DNA of 64,000 nt, taken from contig NC_043001.1 of assembly GCF_006345805.1 (NCBI RefSeq), positions 99,944,001 to 100,008,000 on the forward strand. The letters are read 5' to 3'. Made by a program: the position numbers and the translations under genes. A model generated the notes under the pieces. That model ran no database searches and was not told the DNA's origin. It saw only the letters and a program-made list of their open reading frames with translations. Source of the stretch: Octopus sinensis. Lineage: Eukaryota. Below are positions 1 to 12,511 of the stretch, piece by piece; the stretch's first letter is position 1; each line of letters opens with the position of its first letter.

Positions 1-1500
1 ACTTAAAAATATATGCAATGAATATGCACAAGATGAAAAAGAGCCTTGATCTAATTACAACATTCTCAAAGGATGTAGGACTGGAGTCTGGTCAGAACAA
101 ATGTTTCAACATGGTTGTGAAGAGAGGGCAAACTGTAAATCAGACTAGCAACATCTCCATCATCAATGATTTGACTGTTTCCCCTATATCTGATGAGGAA
201 TGTTACAGGTATCTAGGGGTGGATGAAACTATATCTTACAATGGCACCTGTAACAAAACACGTGTCACTAAAGAATGTTACAGCCAAATAAAGGAAATTT
301 TGATCTTAGAACTCTCTGCATTTAATAAAACTGTGGCCCACAATGTGTTTGCAGTGCCAGTACTCATACCAACATTTTAGCTGCTTGATTGGATGCTTGA
401 TGAGATCTGAGCCGTCAATGGCTCAGATCTCATCAAGTGTCCAATTCAGGCCCAAAATAGTCACTCAACTCTACAGCAATGTATCATCATCTGAAAGGAT
501 GAGCATAGATGGGTAGAAGACCATGCATGGATTTATTAGTAGAAAACTCAGAGATGACAGTAACATTGTTCATCAAAGCAGCCTATCACAGACCAACAAC
601 TGGATTACTACCTTCCACTTCAAAGGCTATGTGTTTGCATCCAGGAACACACAATATCAACCAAATACCTGATGTGCAAAAGGGATAGAGATGCAGGAAA
701 AGCAGTAAAATGTGACAACTGATGCAGACTTTGTGGAGTTAAAAACCGAAGATATCACCCACATCATAAGCAGTTGTCCGAAAATGTCATCATGGTATTA
801 TCTACCGATGAGACATGATGCTGTGGCTAGGACACAGTATAATGGGATCAGTCAAAAGGACAACCACAAAGACAAAGAAATAAGAAACCATAGTGTGGTG
901 GAAACCATAGACACTCATAATAAAAAAGAGTACTGGTGGAATGTCCCAGTGAAGACCTCAATAAAACACAACAGATCTGATATAATGATTTGCAATAGAG
1001 AAGAGAAACTGTATATTTGTGGAAATCAGCTGCCCAGTGGACGTTAACATAAAGCTAAAGATTAGTGAGAAAGAAAATACCTATACTGAACTACTGAGAA
1101 ATTTGCAGTTACTCTATCCAGATTGCAAATTCAGGTTTATACCTGTAATTATTGGGGCACTGGGATATGTACTACACTGGCTAAATACAAATCTCAAGAA
1201 ATTAGGCTTCTAAAAGAAGAAAGGAGAAAGCTGATTCGAAGACTACAGATTCAAGCCATCACTGGAATTGTAAGAATCTGTAAAACTTTCCAGAAGTTTA
1301 TCATTTGAGTATATATGAGCATGTCTAGATAAGCAAGTACATAAATACATACATAAAACAAAACATACAAATCTGCACGTATACATACATACAAAAATAC
1401 CCTGTTGTTGATGTTGAAATTCCAATGAAGGGAGCTTGGATCCAGTTAAGAAACTGGCCCTTTCTCTATTGGCAAGAAATCTAGAAATAAAACTGAATAA
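1..1500 (+). mobile_element. Decayed RLE-type non-LTR retrotransposon (R4/Dong-like, family A): RT C-terminus, zinc knuckle, RLE and 3' UTR
   Basis: ORF fragments YRYLGVDE (RT thumb), CRLCG..HIISSCP..MRHDAVA (CCHC knuckle) and KHNRSDI..EISCPVD..IPVIIGALG (PD-(D/E)xK endonuclease), broken by stops and frameshifts. The 3' UTR ends ...ctctattggcaagaaatctagaaataaaactgaataa, shared with 12820-13468. Confidence 0.9.
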
Positions 1501-1535
1501 CTACTGACTAAATGACACACACACACATACATACA

Positions 1536-1570
<35 letters not shown>

Positions 1571-1599
1571 GTGTGTGTGTGTGTGTGTGTATACGTATT

Positions 1600-2115
1600 C
1601 TCTCAAATGCTGGGACAACTCCATAGAAATAACCAATAGGTTTTGTTTTATAGGTAATGGGTGATGGAAACAGTAGAAAGTGTTCATCGAATTGAAGAAG
1701 ATCTTTGATGGGAAGCCGTGTAACGTAGTGGTTGTTCAGAAAAGTAGGCGTTGATAGTGTATGGTATTGCATAGCAGTAAAACATAGGGGTACAGAATGC
1801 ATCAGGCATGCAAAGATTAGAAAGAAAGGAGTCGAGTGCAGTCTAAGATGTGTAATGTTAGTATCGTTGAACAGTGGAGCTGGAAAAAAAATTAGTATAA
1901 ATTAAATGCTGTGTACATGAAAAACGACTAATCTGGTTGGGACATGAGCTATCAAAAAAATCCATGTAGAGGGAATGTGCAAAAGAAGCAAACGGCAAAA
2001 GATACGGCAAAGAATAGTGAAAGCTGATCTCAGCAGGTTGAAACTCATGAGAGAAGTAATGAAGAACTGCAGTAAGTAATGAGACAAAGCTTTAAAGAAA
2101 ACCATGTAACTCATA
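1600..2115 (+). mobile_element. Highly decayed RTE LINE C-terminal fragment
   Basis: Translates to NSIEITNRFCFIG, MCNVSI and KCCVHEKRLIWLGH..VEGMCKRSKRQK, matching the better preserved RTE at 57060-58312 (VDSFCYLG, MCNVSV, VQERRLRWYGH). Confidence 0.6.
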
Positions 2116-2282
2116 CTAGAATGGGAAAATGGTCATAAAATGAGAAGGCTATATATATATATATATATATATCCATTCATCCATCCATCCATCCATCCAT
2201 CTGTATGTATGTATACACACACATACAAAGATTTACATACATACATATGTGTATGTGTGTGTATAAGTTTTGGGTAATTTAA

Positions 2283-2504
2283 CCCTTTAGCATTTAAACC
2301 GGCCATATCCGGCCAAATGTATTCTGCCTGTTTTATGTTCAAACAGGCCAGATCTGGTCTCTCACACCAACCCTACAATATTGTTTGAAAAATGAACAGC
2401 TACTTCATCAAAATCTCATAGCTACAAGATTAATGAATGATTAGTTCAAAACAATGTGGATAAAAAAGCATTAATTTTGGCAGAATAATGTGAACACTAA
2501 AGGG
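2283..2504. mobile_element. piggyBac-type MITE (222 bp)
   Basis: TTAA|CCCTTTAGcattta ... tgaacaCTAAAGGG|TTAA: TTAA flanks at 2279-2282 and 2505-2508, with CCC/GGG-ended terminal inverted repeats. Confidence 0.75.
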
Positions 2505-2639
2505 TTAATGCCCATTTTTTCATGCAAGCATGAATCTCGACCAGCAGTTGTTATTCGTTGAAGGATTTTACAGTTAAGGGTTTCTCCTGTCTCCAGCCCT
2601 TACATGTTTTCAAGAAATAGATTCTTATTTCAGACATTT

Positions 2640-2672
<33 letters not shown>

Positions 2673-2685
2673 TATGCATATATAT

Positions 2686-2886
2686 GTGCCTGGCACCTGT
2701 GCTGGTGGCACGTAAAAAGTACCCACTACACTCACGGAGTGGTTGGCGTTAGGAAAGGCATCCAGCTGTAGAAACACTGCCAGATCAGACTGGAGCCTGG
2801 TGCAGCCTTCTGGCTTCCCAGACCCCAGTCCAACCCATGCTAGCATGGAAAACGGACGTTAAATGATGATGATGATGATGATGATA
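2686..2886 (+). mobile_element. 5'-truncated RTE 3' end (one module, conserved terminal segment, (GAT)n tail)
   Basis: gtggcacgtaaaaag..cccactacactc..gttggcgttaggaaaggcatccagctgtagaaac..ggacgttaaa(tga)n; same terminal segment as the ORF-bearing copy at 57060-58750. Confidence 0.85.
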
Positions 2887-4119
2887 TACTGTTAACACAC
2901 ACACACAGAAAGAGAGATAGATAGATAGATAGATAGGCATACCTACATGCACATATCTGTAGGTATGAACACATATAACTTGCACGTCCATAAAAGACAC
3001 AACAGATACATATATGAGCAGGTATTTATAGCTATATACACAGTGCATGACTGAATACAAAGAAAGTCTTCTTAACCAGTTCCACAGATCTTCAAAGAAT
3101 ATACTTGTAGCTGACATCAATGAAACTATCTCTATGGTTCCTCTGCTTCCTGTTACAATTCCCAATGCTGTGATAAAAGGAAATTCCAATAGCGAAACTT
3201 GTTCCATTATTAAACTCAACTTTCTGCTATTAATGCAGGATTTGATCTTAAAAAGAAAGCCTCATGAGTTAAAAGAAAAAACCCTGCAGCAGTAAAATTA
3301 CTCAATTATTATTTCCTCAAAGTATTTTTGACATTAATTCATGAAATGAAAAAATAAAGCATTGACCAAAGAGAACAAACCCATCACTGTGAAGCCCCTT
3401 GGGCACCTGACTGTTTTGGGCTTTTGTTGTACGAACATTATCATAATCAATTTATTCAGTGTTTTCTTTCCATTTCAGGTCTGTCCTTACAACTGACAGT
3501 TTAAAATGTCAAACACATCTCATATCTAGAGATTTCATTAATTCTAGGTTTGCTACATGTTAAACCTTAAATGGCATGGAAAATATTTTAACCAACAATT
3601 ACAGATTCAATATTTAATTTACAATAGAAATTGCAAGTAGATAATATTTTTTTATGAAAAACCTGATTAGTTTTCAGGAGTAGAAGACAAGCAATTTATT
3701 ATATACATCTAATCTATGTGAGCAAGAAGCACTGAGGTTTTATTTAGAAATGGAAAAGTAAATTTAAAATAATATTCTCAATGGAGGTCACAAATCTAAA
3801 GGAGAAGTCAAATGGTTATTTTCTTCATTTTGTTTATTCTTGTACAGTTTTTCTAATTTGGTTATTTCGCCATGTTAGCTTGGGTGGGAGGAATATTTTC
3901 TCAAAACTGGATTTTTATAAATCATTAAAAAATTTCACTTTTAGACATTTTATATACAACTGGCAATGCACCTTAGTGTTGCTTGGGTATTATGATCTAC
4001 AGCCACATTGTATTATTTGTTCCTTTCTTGAGGGTATAATAAGCACCTGAGGAGTATGAAGCAAACATCTCTTCTTTATAAACATGTTTTCTGGTCATTT
4101 TCTGCAGTTTCCATCTACC

Positions 4120-4258
4120 AAATTCAGTCACAAGTGTGTGGTTGGCCTAGGGTTATAGTAGAAAACACTTGCCCAAGGTACCATGCAAAGGGACTGAACA
4201 TGGACCCATGTGGTTGGGAAGCAAACTTCTCAACCATACAGTCATTCTTGCACCTAAT
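4120..4258 (-). mobile_element. tRNA-derived SINE fragment
   Basis: Minus strand reads ggtgcaagaatgactgtatggttgagaag (A-box-like), atgttcagtccc (B-box-like), then ccttgggcaagtgttttctactata (SINE body motif). Confidence 0.65.
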
Positions 4259-4698
4259 GTGTGTGTGTGTGTGTGTGTGTGCTTACATTTGTTGTTATAT
4301 GAAGCATTGCATCCCACTGTATCTCAAAGTTAGCAGTTCATCAAGCAGCGATCTATAAAATAAATGCCAGATTGAAATGCATTCTGAGGTTAATATAATC
4401 AATTAAATTTTTGAAGGTAATACTTTATCATGGCGACAGTTGAAAGACTAAACCCAGTAAAATAATGTTTGAAGACGTAATGGCTTCAAATTTAGCCACA
4501 AGACAAGGAGTTCAAAACTTTGCATTGAACTTCCACTCTATATGATAACAGTATATGTACATCACAGTCTACTTGACTTCCAGCAATTAAGAATTGTAAT
4601 TTGAAGTTGAATGGTTAGCAGTTAGAAAGATGTCCAGATTCCTTAAAAAACTATTGTGCAAAATATTCTGAGAAAAAATTTTTTTTTCACCAAAAAAA

Positions 4699-4813
<115 letters not shown>

Positions 4814-5629
4814 GAAGTGTGTCTGTGGTAACTTGAGCTACTACAAATAGCAGCCAAATCTCTCTTAAAACATCCTTTCAAGCAAAAGAAAGACAGATTT
4901 ACAGTATTTCAGGAAGACAAAAACAACAACAAAAAAAACAACATAAAACTATGCGATGGGTCTGCTACATCACAGGTAACTCTGAGCTAAACAAGACACA
5001 GACAAACATACTTCACATTAAAAGATTATCTACAAAATAATATTGATAAAGCTGACGGTATGTCTTCAAAGTTTTATTACCTGGTAAAATTCCAAGTATT
5101 TTAAACATTTTCTCATTATGCTCCATGTAAGACATAGATCGTTCAGAGTTGCCATTAGCCAAAGACCTCATGATTGTGCAACCCAGCCTCATTTACGAGG
5201 TTATTTTTGTAGTAAAAAAGAGTTGTGCAAAAAATGTACTTTATTTGGTAGCCAAAAGATTACTGAATCTTTTGATACTGTATATGTCAAAATTGGCAAC
5301 TCAGTTTTTGTATCCATAAAGAACACACACAATCTCTGTTTTATATATTAAGATTACACGAATGGGAAATAAGAGTAGAAGTTTTGTTAGTCAGGCAGAT
5401 TACTATTTCACATAGCCACATAGCTCATTGGGTAAGCTAAAGCTTGAGCTCATGGCTATACCTTCTCTCAATAGAATTTAATCAATTTTGGTGAATGAAA
5501 CAAGACTATGTACATTATTTGGTCACATTAGACATTGGTGGACATTCCAGTGGTTGGAATAAAAGTTTGCTTAATTAAACAACAATCAAATTCTGGAACA
5601 TGTTAAGCCTCACTGGACTAGGATACAGA

Positions 5630-5760
5630 TGTTATGGTGTGGTGATGGGGCAGTTAGCCATCTTTTGTACATGACCTCAAGTTGTATGCTATAGATAATA
5701 AACAACTAGAAACACTGCTGCAGATAATACAAAATTTACTAAAAGAATTTATATCAGAAT
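5630..5760 (+). pseudogene. Decayed non-LTR RT fragment
   Basis: catcttttgtacatgacctcaagttgtatgct resembles HLLYM(D)DLKLYA with a deletion, followed by KQLETLLQII. Confidence 0.45.
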
Positions 5761-7379
5761 TGGTTAAGAAAAATTTGCCACAAGAACTTTGAGGATAGGA
5801 AAAATTAATGAAGAGCTCTAAAATTATGAACAATCAATAAAGAAACAAAATTAAATGATTACACGAAACAAAGATTTCCGTATACTTAAGAATCACTGAA
5901 CCAGATGCACACGAATGAAAGATAAGACTAAGAAAGACTAGGGTAGGGTGGGGCAGGGTGAGAAAATTTTACTGCATTTTTGACTTTGTGAGAAAATATG
6001 GTTTACAAGTGTTCCCTACTTTTCAAAAACTATATCAGCTGAGCAAATGACCATCTTTTAATGTGTTAAAAATACTCTAACATATTTAGAACACTATTTC
6101 AAGAAACCATCTCCATTCTCTGAGCATATAAAAGACAAATTTAGCTGGGTCAAAGCAAGTAAGCCAAAAGACGGTAAACTTGCCTCTTGTCAATTTGAAA
6201 ACACTCATTACACATCAATATCCATCCTTAGATATCAAAAATATCACAAATACAACAAATATATCTGGGTCAAATGAAAGAGGAGGATGGAAAAATGGCA
6301 CCCAATATGAAACACAACACAAGATATTCTCTATAGTCTCTTTATGATCTGCTGCAGTGGTTCTTTTCCTGATACATTTATGCAATTTGACGTTAAGGAG
6401 AAGAAATTATTGAAATTAATCATTACTTGTTTTATATTACACATTTTTTTTGTCATCATGTTTTGAAAATTGAAAATTATCAAATTAGACATTAGTGTAG
6501 AAAAAAATTGATTTGGAATCCAACAGAGAACAGGATAGTGATTGTTGAATACCAAAAATTACCCAGATATTGTTTAGCATCCTCAATTACAATTGGGCCG
6601 AAGCTGGAGAAAATTCTTTCGGTAAAAGAGAACCTGACACTTGACTATGTTTTGGACTTCCTCAGCTTCAGCAACAACAACAAAGCTGACCAACTTTTAC
6701 TCTTGCTGATGAGGCAACAGTAGAAAATGACGATACAATACTTGCAATGTAAAGATTTCAAACAAAATAAAAATAACAGGAAATCAATAATTACTCATTT
6801 TGCCCCAGTTACTTGTTTTGTTCTCCTCTCTTCTAAAAACATGAAATTTGAACAAAGAGAATGCAGAAGAAGATAAAGGGCATCAACAAACAAGCTGTCC
6901 TAGTAACAAACTGTGTTCGTAACTGAATGCTAAAGAAACCAGACAAATCATAGCAAAAGAGAAACTGCATTTAGAATGGATAATCCAAAATTTGATAAAT
7001 ATATTGGTCACACACACAAGGAAGACAGAGCCTTATGCAACTACGAAGAAACAACAACCCATAATAAATTATCCACTTTTATAAACGATTAGAAATATTT
7101 AGTAAAGAATAAAAGCAAACTAAAAAGAATTATGAGACATGAACAAAACAGCTCAACTCTATTTTGTTTTCCAAGGAAGACAACAAAATACAAAACAGAG
7201 ACTGAAATGAAAGATAATTGTGAAAGGTTGGGGGGGGGGTGAAAATGTTAAAATCTAAACTAAAAATGGGAATTTCAGAATTTTAAAAGTAAGAAAACAC
7301 CTCCATGGCCTGAAAAGATAAAAAGTAACATGCAATTAGACTGAAAAATCTAGGCAATGATTGAAAAGAGAAGGATTCT

Positions 7380-7900
7380 AAGTTGAAACTGAAGAATTCT
7401 TAGTTGCAGATCAAGATCAAAATCTTCTTTCCAGAAATCCCTAAAAGCATGTGCTAATGCTGGATTGGTTAAGTAACTGAAGAATATGTAGTGGTTCAGA
7501 AGAGATAATTAATCATATCTTCTTTGGCTGACCAATCTTAGTCAAGAATGAATCCGTTGATTGGTATGGCAGATTTGGGAGCTTTCATACACTGGAAAGG
7601 ATGCCAGCATTAAGGAATACCAACTGATAAGATGTGTTATGAACTTAGAGCAGAAAACATCTTCAGGAAGGACAAAGCTATCATTCTCTGGAAGATGTGA
7701 ATCCACATAGACAGAGAGATGAAGAAAAGAATTGCTTCCGAGCCAAAGTGTCCCAACAGAAATAATTGAAATATAGATCCGAAAATTGAAATAATTAGAA
7801 TGAGTGATTAAAGCATAAAAGATCCCTTAATAAATAGTCGGTGCCCTTGGGGTGATGAAAAATATGCAGATGAATATATCATCAAAACTTACAAATGATA
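7380..7900 (+). mobile_element. Decayed RLE-type LINE C-terminal fragments
   Basis: ETEEFLVADQDQNLLSRN (cf. ETE..I.AAQDQ) and (I)VGALGVMKKYADEYI after a frameshift. Confidence 0.5.
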
Positions 7901-7999
7901 GGTAGAGTACTGTCGATAGAATAAAAGATACAAAACTCAAAACAAAGCACAAAGTCCACAGATTTACTGAACAACAACAACAAAAGCAGTAGCAGCAGC

Positions 8000-8062
<63 letters not shown>

Positions 8063-8064
8063 AA
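8000..8064. repeat. (AAT)n microsatellite
   Basis: Pure AAT run that degenerates into GAT/AAT; immediately upstream of the LINE below. Confidence 0.95.
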
Positions 8065-8640
8065 CTGGAAGCTACCCAACATTATGGAATAACAACAGAA
8101 AAAAGATGGTATAGGCACACCCCAGAAAAGGTCACAGAAAACGAGAAAGCAACCATACTCTGGGATATGCCAATACACACAGATAGAGAAATTAAGGCCA
8201 ACAGACCAGATATAGTTGTCAGAGATCTTGAAGCAAAAAAATGCTTTCTAATTGATGTATCAATATCAGTAGATGACAACGTGTCTCGAAAAGAAATGGA
8301 GAAACTTTCAAAATACAAGGACCTGGAAACAGAGGTAACTAGAATGTGGAATCTAAAAACAGAAACAATTCCTATCATAGTAGGTGCATTAGGCATGATA
8401 AAAAGATATTCAGACAAATACATAACAAAAACACCGGGACTTACAAACACATATAACATACAGAAAATCGCACTACTGGGCACTGCCCACATCCTATGCA
8501 AAACACTTTCAATACAGTAACCATCAGAGCATCACAACAAAACACAGCACATACCCAAGGCACACAGAGCTGCACTTGGTAGTGAAGTGAAAGCACAATA
8601 TAAAAAAAAACCCCACTGAATAATGATAATAATATTAATA
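8065..8640 (+). mobile_element. 5'-truncated RLE-type LINE (R4/Dong-like, family B), endonuclease domain largely intact
   Basis: ORF 8167-8520: (LWD)MPIHTDREIKANRPDIVVRD..FLIDVSI..EKLSKYKDL..IPIIVGALG..KIALLGTAHIL. The 3' UTR ends in aataatgataataat. Confidence 0.9.
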
Positions 8641-9009
8641 CCCTCATGCAGTACCAGTCAGTGGGACTCATGGCTTCTAATCTTAACTGATTGGAAGTGT
8701 AATCATCTACAGGAGTTGCCTTGGTGTAAAAGATGGGCTACAGCAAATATTCTTCTCAATATCACAGATTTGGTTTATCAGTTGTTTGACCGTAACCAGT
8801 TGAGCATGTCCCTTAGTAGCTGAGTAGTCAGGGAGATCATAGTCATGTGTTGAGAGGAATTCTTTGGGGTCTGAACAATACACCTCTGAAAACATGGGTG
8901 AACAACCCTTATTCAGAGACCTTTTGAACAAGATGGGCTACTCAACCTTAAGGTCATGTACTGTGTATATTATGAGATCACCATGTCACACACATGAAAT
9001 TGTGAAGCA

Positions 9010-9110
9010 TGGTGTAATCTAATCTGATAGGTACTTATGACGGGTGCATCCTTTGAAAGGATGAAAAGCAAAGTTGACCTAAGGGTATACCTCGAAACAT
9101 AAAGAGCCAG
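9010..9110 (-). mobile_element. SINE core fragment
   Basis: ggatgaaaagcaaagttgacct is the reverse complement of the gttgactttgcttttcatcct core seen at 34236-34265. Confidence 0.5.
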
Positions 9111-9171
9111 AAGAAAGGAAAGCAAGAGCATACAATGTATGGAAAAGAAGAAATTTAGACAGAGTGATACA

Positions 9172-9350
9172 ACTATCATCATCTTTATTTTAACATCCAC
9201 TTTTCCAAACTTGTACGGGTCAAATGGAATTCATTGAGGTAGGTGCGCATCTATGATCAGGTGCCCTCCCTGTTACTTATTTCCAAGCAAGGTAACGTTT
9301 CCCCATCACCAGACATGTTTTCATAAAAGATTAGAAATAAAAGATGCTAC
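9172..9350 (-). mobile_element. Older GAT-tailed retroposon 3' end
   Basis: (atc)n followed by tttaacatccacttttcca and a gtgccctccctgtt motif; diverged relative of the RTE tail. Confidence 0.45.
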
Positions 9351-9454
9351 AAATATGACAGTGATGCTTGATTAAAGCTATCATGCAATGTTGGGACAAG
9401 GAGACACAAACAGATAAAGAGAGATAGATAGATAGATAGAGAGAGATAGATAGG

Positions 9455-9486
<32 letters not shown>

Positions 9487-10743
9487 AGGGCAATTTGATA
9501 CACACACACACATGTATAAAAGAATTAACATAATACTAGGCATAAGATAATAACTATAAATACACAACAGCTTCAACAACTGAAAGTGGAAGTTATATGA
9601 ATGGAAGAGCTGAGGCAGAAAAATCAGGAGAGCACTGACAGCATTTCAAAGTCAGCACTCCATTGCTAATATAGTTAGAAAATATAGAATACTTTGCCTT
9701 ACACACCGGAAATGGGGTCTGATATAACAGAAAACTGATACAAAAAGAACAATTTTTGAATAAAATGTACTCAAACGCAAGTGACAGGAAGCTGAATAAG
9801 TGTAATAAGACAATATATTTTTAAAAAAAAAACCTTTTCTCTATAAATAAGAAAATGTTAAAATATAAATTAGACACTTATAACAAAGAAAAGATCTAGA
9901 TAAGGACAAAACAACAAAAAAAAAGGTTACAAAACAAAAGAGGCAGAATTCCAGAATTTATCAAACATAAATAAATAAAAAAAGAAGAGAGAAAGAAAAA
10001 AAAACCCCCATCAAGTACCTGCTACCATGCAGAATGGGCCCAGTTATTAGCTGGGTTTTTCATGAACATGAATATTGAACTACTGTCTTTGACAAAAAAG
10101 AGTGGGTAGTCTTGCTCTGGTGACTCTGGCAGTGGAAATTGTATAGTGAATGTAACTGGAAGGCTTCAGAAGAGTTTTTAATTAACTGGAACTGTGTTAA
10201 TTAAGTGATGCCCTCAGGAGAAGAATAGTCTGATCTTTAGTAGACAATGTGACACTGGAACACTCGAGTAATTTACAGTTGCCTTTCTCCTACAAGATCT
10301 ATACCTTGCTGTATAGGTTAAAAAATCGGAAGGACATACTGAACAAAGTAACACAAAGGGATGAGATAATTCAACGACAATGAGAGGTGAATTTTAGATA
10401 ATCTTCATAATGTCTTTTGAAGAAACACTAGTTATCATTCTGTTGAAAAGTTCTAAGATTTTGATAAATGGAAGTAAAATGTTTATGGTGATGACAGCCA
10501 TACATAAAGATACGTATGTCTGTGGAGATTATCCTGCATAATCCCAATATTAACCCTAACCCATGCCCTACCCATTACATGTACTTTGTAATAACTAGCA
10601 GACATGCTTGGTCATCCCTTTCTGTAGCCGAAAAGGAAATGGAAATAAAACTTTTTCCTTATTTTTCTTTTATATCTTCTCAGAGGGGTTTCCACTGCAC
10701 AATTAAGGAGTTACATACATACATTATATGCATACATATATAT

Positions 10744-10774
<31 letters not shown>

Positions 10775-11092
10775 ATGTACTGTAAGTAGGTCCATTACTT
10801 GTACAAAAAAAAAAAATGAACTGTTCTCCATTCCACGTCATTCCAAACCATGATAGCCACTGTATGCAAACAACTACAGGCAAATAAGGAAATGTAATGA
10901 AACTAGACAAACTAAGTTTATTGAGTGAAATCTCTTTTGAAAAGTCACTTGACACAACACATCTGCACTGAATGATACACAACTAATTGTCCAGGGTCTC
11001 AGCTATTAGGAACCAATGTAAGATAGGTTGAAACAATTGTGATTAGTAGAAAATCTCATGAATTCCATTTTCTCTTTCTCTCATTGGTTATG

Positions 11093-11129
<37 letters not shown>

Positions 11130-11174
11130 CATACACATATATATATATATATTACATATATAATACGATTTATT

Positions 11175-11228
<54 letters not shown>

Positions 11229-11244
11229 ATATATATAAATATAC

Positions 11245-12190
11245 TCCTCCTTCAACACCCTGGAGAAATGTAATGCCACAATCCTGGCCAAGCACGTATG
11301 GTCTTTGAAAGAAAGCACCACCAAGTACAGTGTAAAGTGGAAGATCTTAGAGAAATTGCAAAACATATTTCAGAAGCAGCAGGAAGTGCAGATTATGCCT
11401 GGCTGAGAAAAGAGTGATTTCAAAGAGCACTCAAAGCCCAGACATTTACCTGAATAGCAGAGGTGAAAGGAAGTATGTTCTATCATACATGTGTGCCCTA
11501 TCATGTCTATAATCCCCAGTCCCCCAACTTCAGCCCTCCACCATACCTTGGAGTCTGGCAAAGAGTTTGAGCAGAGCATACACTAATGCCTCCACAGACA
11601 AACACATGCGACTCCCTGCCAATATGGTAGGCACCTACCAACTTGACTCTTTTCCCCACCCCCAATATACGCTTCAACACATATTGTACTCCTACATACA
11701 CTGCATGCATAAATAAAGGCCCCACGAATTAACCAATACATAAAGAAAATACACTAATGAACACAGATGTGTATGCCCACACCCCACTGCAGAAGTTATA
11801 CATATAATACCACTACATACATTCCATTTCCACAAGAACACCAACCTTAAAGACACATATTTCCCACAAACTTCTCCAGAACTCTGACTTGCAACATAAC
11901 CACCCCTAGTGATGATGTTTTGGTATCAAGGGACATAATTCTTAAATAAAACCCCAGCTCAATTTGCCTCGTCACCTTTTTCACAGCAATCACAAGCCAC
12001 ATGTGTCTATTCACTTCCAACAATAGAGAGCAGTCACAGTATTTCATTCCATAATGTCTACCTCTGATGAATACAGAGTTACATAATCGGTCTGTTACCT
12101 AACACTCCATTGAATCCCTAGCATGAAACTGATTGGTAAGAATGGCTGAAATGGATATATAATACTGTACATTACGTATTTATAGATAGA
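11245..12190 (+). mobile_element. Penelope-like element 3' remnant (GIY-YIG endonuclease C-terminus and C/A-rich 3' region)
   Basis: 11248-11480 translates to [33 protein letters not shown], then after a frameshift RKCRLCLAEK..YLNSRGE, the typical end of Penelope GIY-YIG domains. An HHR motif lies near the 3' end. Confidence 0.8.
12061..12141 (+). ncRNA. Type I hammerhead ribozyme motif (partly decayed) in the Penelope 3' repeat
   Basis: cct-CTGATGA-atac...gcat-GAAAC-tgattg-GTA-aga. The core is intact; stem II has one mismatch at its base and the stem III loop is a decayed palindrome. Confidence 0.55.
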
Positions 12191-12194
12191 TAGA

Positions 12195-12504
12195 TTGTGA
12201 TACCTGTGCCAGTGGCACATAAAAAGCACCACTCGAATGTGACCATTGCCAGCGTCACCTTGACTGGCTTCTGTGCTGATGGCACGTAAAAAGCATCAAC
12301 CGATTGTGGCCGCTGCCAGCTTCCCCTGGCACGTAAAAAGCACCCACTACACTCACGGAGTGGTTGGCATTAGGAAGGGCATCCAGCTGTAGAACTTTGC
12401 CAGATCAGATTGGAGCCTGGTGCAGCCTCCTGGCTTGCCAGACCCCGGTCAAACCGTCCAACCTATGCTAGCATGGAAAGCAGACGTTAAATGATGTTGA
12501 TGAT
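12195..12504 (+). mobile_element. RTE 3' end with module array and (GAT)n tail
   Basis: Three gtggcac(a/g)taaaaagcac modules followed by the conserved terminal segment. Confidence 0.85.
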
Positions 12505-12511
12505 ATGTATA

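Noticed and set aside
3047-3295. 82-aa plus ORF overlapping a 144-aa minus ORF
   Set aside because: No recognisable domain and no convincing splice-site pair; the minus ORF runs into repeats. Coding status is unresolved.
6508-6723. ORF loosely resembling a Gypsy Gag motif (RIVI..EKILS..LTLD)
   Set aside because: The similarity is too weak, and there is no LTR, PBS or pol sequence nearby.
7882-8178. Poly-leucine ORF on the minus strand
   Set aside because: It is the antisense translation of the (AAT)n microsatellite and adjacent LINE.
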